The notes beneath the pieces were generated by a model. It ran no database searches and was not told the origin of the DNA. It was given only the letters and a program-made list of their open reading frames with translations. DNA of 35,388 bases from a virus. The stretch lies in the IMG/VR virus record IMGVR_UViG_3300017755_000030, one strand, 5' to 3'. A program made the translations under genes and the position numbers. Of this stretch, positions 31,950 to 35,388 are shown piece after piece (positions within the stretch are counted from its first letter, which is position 1; every line of letters starts with the position of its first letter).

Positions 31950-32906
31950 ATGACACAGCCGACTAACACATTCGACACATATGATGCCATTGGCATCCGT
32001 GAAGATTTATCTGATGTGATCTACAATGTAGATCCTGACGAAACACCGTTTTACTCAAAGTCGGGTAAAACAAAAGCCAAAAACACTTTGGTTGAGTGGC
32101 AAACACAAGCGTTGCGCGCATCTGCGGTAAACGCTCACATTGAAGGTGACGCAACATCTGCCGATGCCGTTACCCCAACTGTACGTCTCGGCGCACGCAC
32201 ACAGATCTTTAAAAACGCTGTGGTTATTTCAGATACGGACGAAGCGGTAGACAATGCCGGTCGTGCAAAGGAAATGGCTTACCAGACTTTGCTTATCGCT
32301 AAAGAGCAAAAACTGGACATCGAAAAAGCGCTTTTTGCCAACCAAGGTAACGTAGTTGGCTCCTCAACTGCTGCACGTAAAACTGGTGGTGTACCATCAT
32401 GGTTGATTACTAACGTAAACTTTGTTTCAGCAAGCTCTGGCGCAAACCCAACCGGCGACGGCACAAATGCACGTACAGACAGTGGCGCTCCAACTGCGTT
32501 TACGCAGGCCAAGTTTGACGACGTTATGCAGTCAATCTGGGAAGAAGGCGGCAAGCCAGATACTTGCTATCTGTCAGCCTTCCAGATGAATGTTGCTCTG
32601 GGCTTCACCGGTAACAACAACCAGCGTTCAGCGGTACAAGCTGGTGACGAGACTGTGGTCAAATCACTTGCAGTCTACGTGACTCCTTGGGGTACAGTGC
32701 AGTTCATGCCATCACGCGAAAACCGCAGCCGTGACGTGTTCATTTTGCAAGACAACATGTGGGAATGCGCAGTATTGCGTGGAACCAAAAACGTTGCCTT
32801 GGCCAAAAATGGCGACAACACCACACGTCAGGTTACAACAGAGCTGGCGCTTTGCTCGAAAAACGAGAAAGCATCTGGCGCGATTTACGACAACACCACA
32901 TCGTAA
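31950..32906 (+). CDS. Major capsid protein (HK97-fold, DUF5309/SU10-like family)
   Basis: N-terminus NTFDTYDAIGIREDLSDVIYNVDPDETPFYS...NTLVEWQTQAL is a signature I recognise for this capsid family. A strong hairpin follows the gene. Confidence 0.85.
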   Translation: MTQPTNTFDTYDAIGIREDLSDVIYNVDPDETPFYSKSGKTKAKNTLVEWQTQALRASAVNAHIEGDATSADAVTPTVRLGARTQIFKNAVVISDTDEAVDNAGRAKEMAYQTLLIAKEQKLDIEKALFANQGNVVGSSTAARKTGGVPSWLITNVNFVSASSGANPTGDGTNARTDSGAPTAFTQAKFDDVMQSIWEEGGKPDTCYLSAFQMNVALGFTGNNNQRSAVQAGDETVVKSLAVYVTPWGTVQFMPSRENRSRDVFILQDNMWECAVLRGTKNVALAKNGDNTTRQVTTELALCSKNEKASGAIYDNTTS

Positions 32907-32915
32907 TATAATACA

Positions 32916-32940
32916 AGAAGGGGCGGTTTGCGCCCCTTCT
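32916..32940 (+). terminator. Stem-loop after the capsid gene (10-bp stem AGAAGGGGCG / CGCCCCTTCT, 5-nt loop)
   Basis: Direct reading. Weak T-tract (CTGCTT), so it may be an attenuating or partial terminator. Confidence 0.55.
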
Positions 32941-32959
32941 GCTTAACTGAGGGAATGAC

Positions 32960-33157
32960 ATGAAAAAAGTTTTAGTTGTAGGTCACAAGATCCACACATC
33001 AATCGGCAAGCTTGTCAAAGGCGACAGCGCTGAGCTGCCGACAGCAGAGGTTGAGACGCTTATGCGCGTTCGCCCAGATGCTATGAAAGTGATGGGGGAT
33101 GTTGCCCCAGCGCCTGCACCCGCACCAACTAAGCGAGCCAAGAAGAATAATGCCTAA
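32960..33157 (+). CDS. Small head-associated protein (65 aa, basic Pro/Ala tail)
   Basis: ORF with a GAGGGAA RBS. Confidence 0.55.
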   Translation: MKKVLVVGHKIHTSIGKLVKGDSAELPTAEVETLMRVRPDAMKVMGDVAPAPAPAPTKRAKKNNA

Positions 33158-33437
33158 AGTTTCCGAAATAATTGACTTTGAGCATGACCACATGGTCATC
33201 AAAAAGAAGCATGACGTCAGCCAAGCGCTAAACGACGTGCAGAAAGCCAAAGACGCTGGCATAGGCATGTCGGGCGAGAATAGGCTTGTTGGGTTCTTAG
33301 ACGGCGCTGTGCTGGCTCAGTGGCTCAAGGAAGCTGGTGTATCATGGTCTGACACAGAAGCGGCCAAGGAAGTTGTCAAACGCAAGATGATGTCCGGCGA
33401 GTTTTCTAAGTTCCGCGTTTGGGAAGGGTCTTACTAA
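33150..33437 (+). CDS. Hypothetical protein (95 aa from MPKVSEII...)
   Basis: ORF 33099..33437 trimmed to the ATG at 33150, which overlaps the previous gene by 8 nt. Confidence 0.55.
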   Translation: MPKVSEIIDFEHDHMVIKKKHDVSQALNDVQKAKDAGIGMSGENRLVGFLDGAVLAQWLKEAGVSWSDTEAAKEVVKRKMMSGEFSKFRVWEGSY

Positions 33438-33670
33438 TGGACGCTGACATGCTTTGGACGGCGGCTCTTACTGCTGGATTGGGCCTGATCGGCTGGGTGC
33501 TGAAAAGCGCTGTGGACGAGATGCAGCGCCTCAATATTCTGCTGAACAAGACCCGCGAAGAAATGGCGCGCGATTACGTCACCAAGGCAGACAGCACAGC
33601 CGTCATGGGTCAGATCGTTTCGCGCTTTGATCGCATCGAAGAGAAAATAGACCGCCTGATGGAGCGGTGA
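33437..33670 (+). CDS. N-terminal transmembrane + coiled-coil protein (77 aa), i-spanin-like architecture
   Basis: MLWTAALTAGLGLIGWVL helix followed by a charged helical segment. TAATG coupling to the upstream gene. Confidence 0.4.
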   Translation: MDADMLWTAALTAGLGLIGWVLKSAVDEMQRLNILLNKTREEMARDYVTKADSTAVMGQIVSRFDRIEEKIDRLMER

Positions 33671-33843
33671 TTTGCTCGCTCGCCAGCGTAGCCGTTGGCG
33701 TGCTTGCTTATGGGCAGATTTACACCGCGTGTATATACAGATGCCCATATCCATCCTTCTGGTATCACTACCCATATGTTATAAGGGTGGAGTATAATAG
33801 TGGATGCCCGCGTTTCGCTGACGTGGGTAAAGATGCCAAATGA
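33667..33843 (+). CDS. Unlisted 58-aa ORF (MICSLASVAVGVLAYGQIYTAC IYRCPYPSFWYHYPYV...), weak o-spanin / small secreted protein candidate
   Basis: Hand translation. The GTG start overlaps the upstream stop (GTGA) and its stop overlaps the next ATG (ATGA). Hydrophobic N-terminus followed by a Cys/Pro/aromatic-rich segment. No basic n-region. Confidence 0.3.
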   Translation: MICSLASVAVGVLAYGQIYTACIYRCPYPSFWYHYPYVIRVEYNSGCPRFADVGKDAK

Positions 33844-34283
33844 TAGACCCTTTTACAGCATTGGCGGCGGTAAAATCTGCGGTTTCTGCGGGCAAGGAGA
33901 TTGTCAACGTAACCAAGCAAATTGGTGAGTTTTTTGACGGCGTAGATGATTTGCGCGCAGCACATGAGCGAAAGAAGAACAGTCTTTTTTCTGGGTCAGA
34001 TGAAAACGCGATGGAAACCTTCGTGAACTTGCAAAGGGCCAAGGACGCAGAAGAAGAATTGCGCCAAATCGTAATTGCAACCAGAGGCTTTAGCGCTTGG
34101 GGTGAGTTGCAAGCCATCAGGGTACAAGCAAGGAAGGATCGCAAGGCAAAAGCAGAAGCGGAAAGAAAGCGGAAAGCTAAAATTGTTGAGCGTATATTTA
34201 TATGGGGCGGCGTGATTATCTGCTTATCAATAATGCTTGGAATATCTGTTGTTGTTATTTTGGGGTTGCAGGGGCGGCTATGA
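33840..34283 (+). CDS. C-terminally membrane-anchored coiled-coil protein (147 aa)
   Basis: Lys/Glu-rich helix followed by IFIWGGVIICLSIMLGISVVVILGL. Confidence 0.6.
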   Translation: MIDPFTALAAVKSAVSAGKEIVNVTKQIGEFFDGVDDLRAAHERKKNSLFSGSDENAMETFVNLQRAKDAEEELRQIVIATRGFSAWGELQAIRVQARKDRKAKAEAERKRKAKIVERIFIWGGVIICLSIMLGISVVVILGLQGRL

Positions 34284-34534
34284 GCGACGGCGTGTCAGGC
34301 ATAGGCAGCGCGCCGTTTAACGTAGGCAGCGACATACACCAGCAAACGCAGACGCGTGAGCGCATAGAGGCGCATCTAGCTGAGCAGATGGTGGCTAAGC
34401 AGCACAGGGCCAACCACAGCCACTTAGAGGCTCTGGCAAAGCAGCGATTTGATTTGCAGGAAACGTATGATAGGTTTGGCCGCAAGACAAATGCTGACAG
34501 GCCGCAAGGAACAAACATCAACATAGAGGTGTAA
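34280..34534 (+). CDS. Hypothetical protein (84 aa from MSDGVSG...)
   Basis: ORF 34202..34534 trimmed to the ATG at 34280 (ATGA overlap). Confidence 0.5.
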   Translation: MSDGVSGIGSAPFNVGSDIHQQTQTRERIEAHLAEQMVAKQHRANHSHLEALAKQRFDLQETYDRFGRKTNADRPQGTNINIEV

Positions 34535-34535
34535 G

Positions 34536-34730
34536 ATGGAAAAGCTTTTGGAATATAAGATCATGCCGCGTCTTATGATGCTGGTAATGACGGTGATGTA
34601 TATACGCGTCATAGAGTGGTTTATGTCTTTGCCGCAGGATGTGGTCAGCACGCAGGCTACAGCGCTCACGGCGACCGTCACAGGTGCTATGACAGGTGCT
34701 TTTGCCGTGTGGCTGGGGTCTGAAAAATGA
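34536..34730 (+). CDS. Two-TM holin/antiholin-like protein (64 aa)
   Basis: Two hydrophobic segments (RLMMLVMTVMYIRVIEWFM and ALTATVTGAMTGAFAVWLG). Lies directly upstream of the 3TM holin-like gene and the endolysin gene. Confidence 0.5.
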   Translation: MEKLLEYKIMPRLMMLVMTVMYIRVIEWFMSLPQDVVSTQATALTATVTGAMTGAFAVWLGSEK

Positions 34731-35116
34731 TACAAGCATTCATAGGCCCAATCGCAAATCTCGCGGGTAGCTGGTTGCAGGGTAAAGCGGATAAGACCGC
34801 AGCAGAAGCTAAGTTGAAGCTTACTGAGGCAGAAACAAAATCCAAGATCCTTCTCAGCGAAAAGACAAGCGTTGCGGATTGGGAACGGATTATGGCGCAG
34901 GGAACTCAAAGCTCATGGAAGGATGAATATTTAGTTTTGCTTTTCTCAATACCTTTGGTGCTTTCATTTTGTGGGGAGTTTGGAAGAAGCGCTGTCGCAA
35001 ATGGTTTTGCTGCGTTGGAATCCATGCCAGAATGGTATCAGTACACATTAGGCGTAATCGTAGCGAGTAGCTTCGCGGTAAGGTCAGCAACTAAGTTTTT
35101 TGGGGGTAGGAAATGA
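34727..35116 (+). CDS. Holin-like protein (3TM GTA-holin / DUF3154-like)
   Basis: N-terminal amphipathic segment, AEAKLKLTEAE helix, SWKDEYLVLLFSIPLVL and two further hydrophobic segments. ATGA overlap with the endolysin start. Confidence 0.55.
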   Translation: MIQAFIGPIANLAGSWLQGKADKTAAEAKLKLTEAETKSKILLSEKTSVADWERIMAQGTQSSWKDEYLVLLFSIPLVLSFCGEFGRSAVANGFAALESMPEWYQYTLGVIVASSFAVRSATKFFGGRK

Positions 35117-35388
35117 GCGTCGCATTAAAGCTTCTGCAGGAAAAGGTTGGCGTTGAGCCAGATGGCGCGTACGGGCCAAATACAGCGCGTGCAATCACCA
35201 AGCACTACGGGCTTGACCGCGTTAAGGCTGCGCACCTTTTGGGGCAGGCGGGCCACGAAAGCGGTGGGTTTAAGCTGACACGCGAAAACCTAAACTATTC
35301 GGTGGAAGCCATGATGCGCGTCTGGCCGTCACGCTTCCCCGACGAGGATAGCGCCAAGCCGTATGCCCGCAACGGCGCTAAGCTGGCC
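35113..35388 (+). CDS. Endolysin, N-terminal part (PG_binding_1-like peptidoglycan-binding domain and start of the GH19 domain). Continues at 2..415.
   Basis: LLQEKVGVEPDGAYGPNTARAI is a peptidoglycan-binding repeat signature. The ORF runs open to the window end and is in frame with 2..415 through the 76-bp overlap. Confidence 0.85.
   Translation, partial: MSVALKLLQEKVGVEPDGAYGPNTARAITKHYGLDRVKAAHLLGQAGHESGGFKLTRENLNYSVEAMMRVWPSRFPDEDSAKPYARNGAKLA

Noticed and set aside
33434-34144. Three minus-strand ORFs (33434-33775, 33768-33965, 33779-34144) in the pre-lysis region.
   Set aside because: They are antisense to a continuous chain of coupled plus-strand genes, have no RBS, and have an odd Arg/Cys-rich composition.
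1-35388. Lysogeny module or prophage boundaries (integrase, attachment-site repeats).
   Set aside because: I found no tyrosine or serine recombinase motifs in any ORF. The only long direct repeat is the 76-bp end overlap, which is explained by circular closure.

Overview
The window is a complete, circularly closed genome of a tailed phage. Bases 1-76 repeat at 35313-35388, so the unique length is about 35,312 bp. It looks podovirus-like: I see no tape-measure, sheath or tube genes, but there is a block of large internal-virion-type proteins.

Gene layout:
- Leftward accessory/early operon (407-3749, minus strand): ten tightly coupled genes, including a GIY-YIG nuclease and two PD-(D/E)xK-like proteins.
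- Divergent promoter/operator region (3750-3911).
- Rightward replication/recombination operon (3912-9327): RHH regulator, RuvC-like resolvase, RecB/Cas4-type exonuclease, gp2.5-like SSB ending in DDEIPF, and a zinc-ribbon/Toprim/RepA-type primase-helicase. An iteron-plus-hairpin region that looks like an origin follows.
- Second leftward module of acidic unknown proteins (9747-11195).
- Motif-dense 0.5 kb intergenic hub (11196-11692).
- Long rightward late operon: TerS/TerL, small basic proteins, adaptor, two paralogous fibres with YadA-like repeats, a 23-aa tandem-repeat protein, further fibre/tail proteins, four internal-virion-type proteins, portal, scaffold and major capsid.
- Lysis cassette: two holin-like genes and a PG-binding + GH19 endolysin that crosses the window junction.

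I found no integrase, repressor, DNA polymerase, RNA polymerase, tRNA or CRISPR array.

Most notable observations:
- A cupredoxin-like insert carrying a full His/Cys/His/Met type-1 copper ligand pattern inside the 605-aa tail protein.
- The origin-like structure downstream of the primase-helicase gene.
- The nuclease-rich coupled leftward operon.
- A terminator-bounded non-coding locus that could be an sRNA.
- Poly-C and repeat-rich DNA upstream of terS.

All functional calls come from motif recognition by eye, with no database searches, and should be treated as hypotheses.
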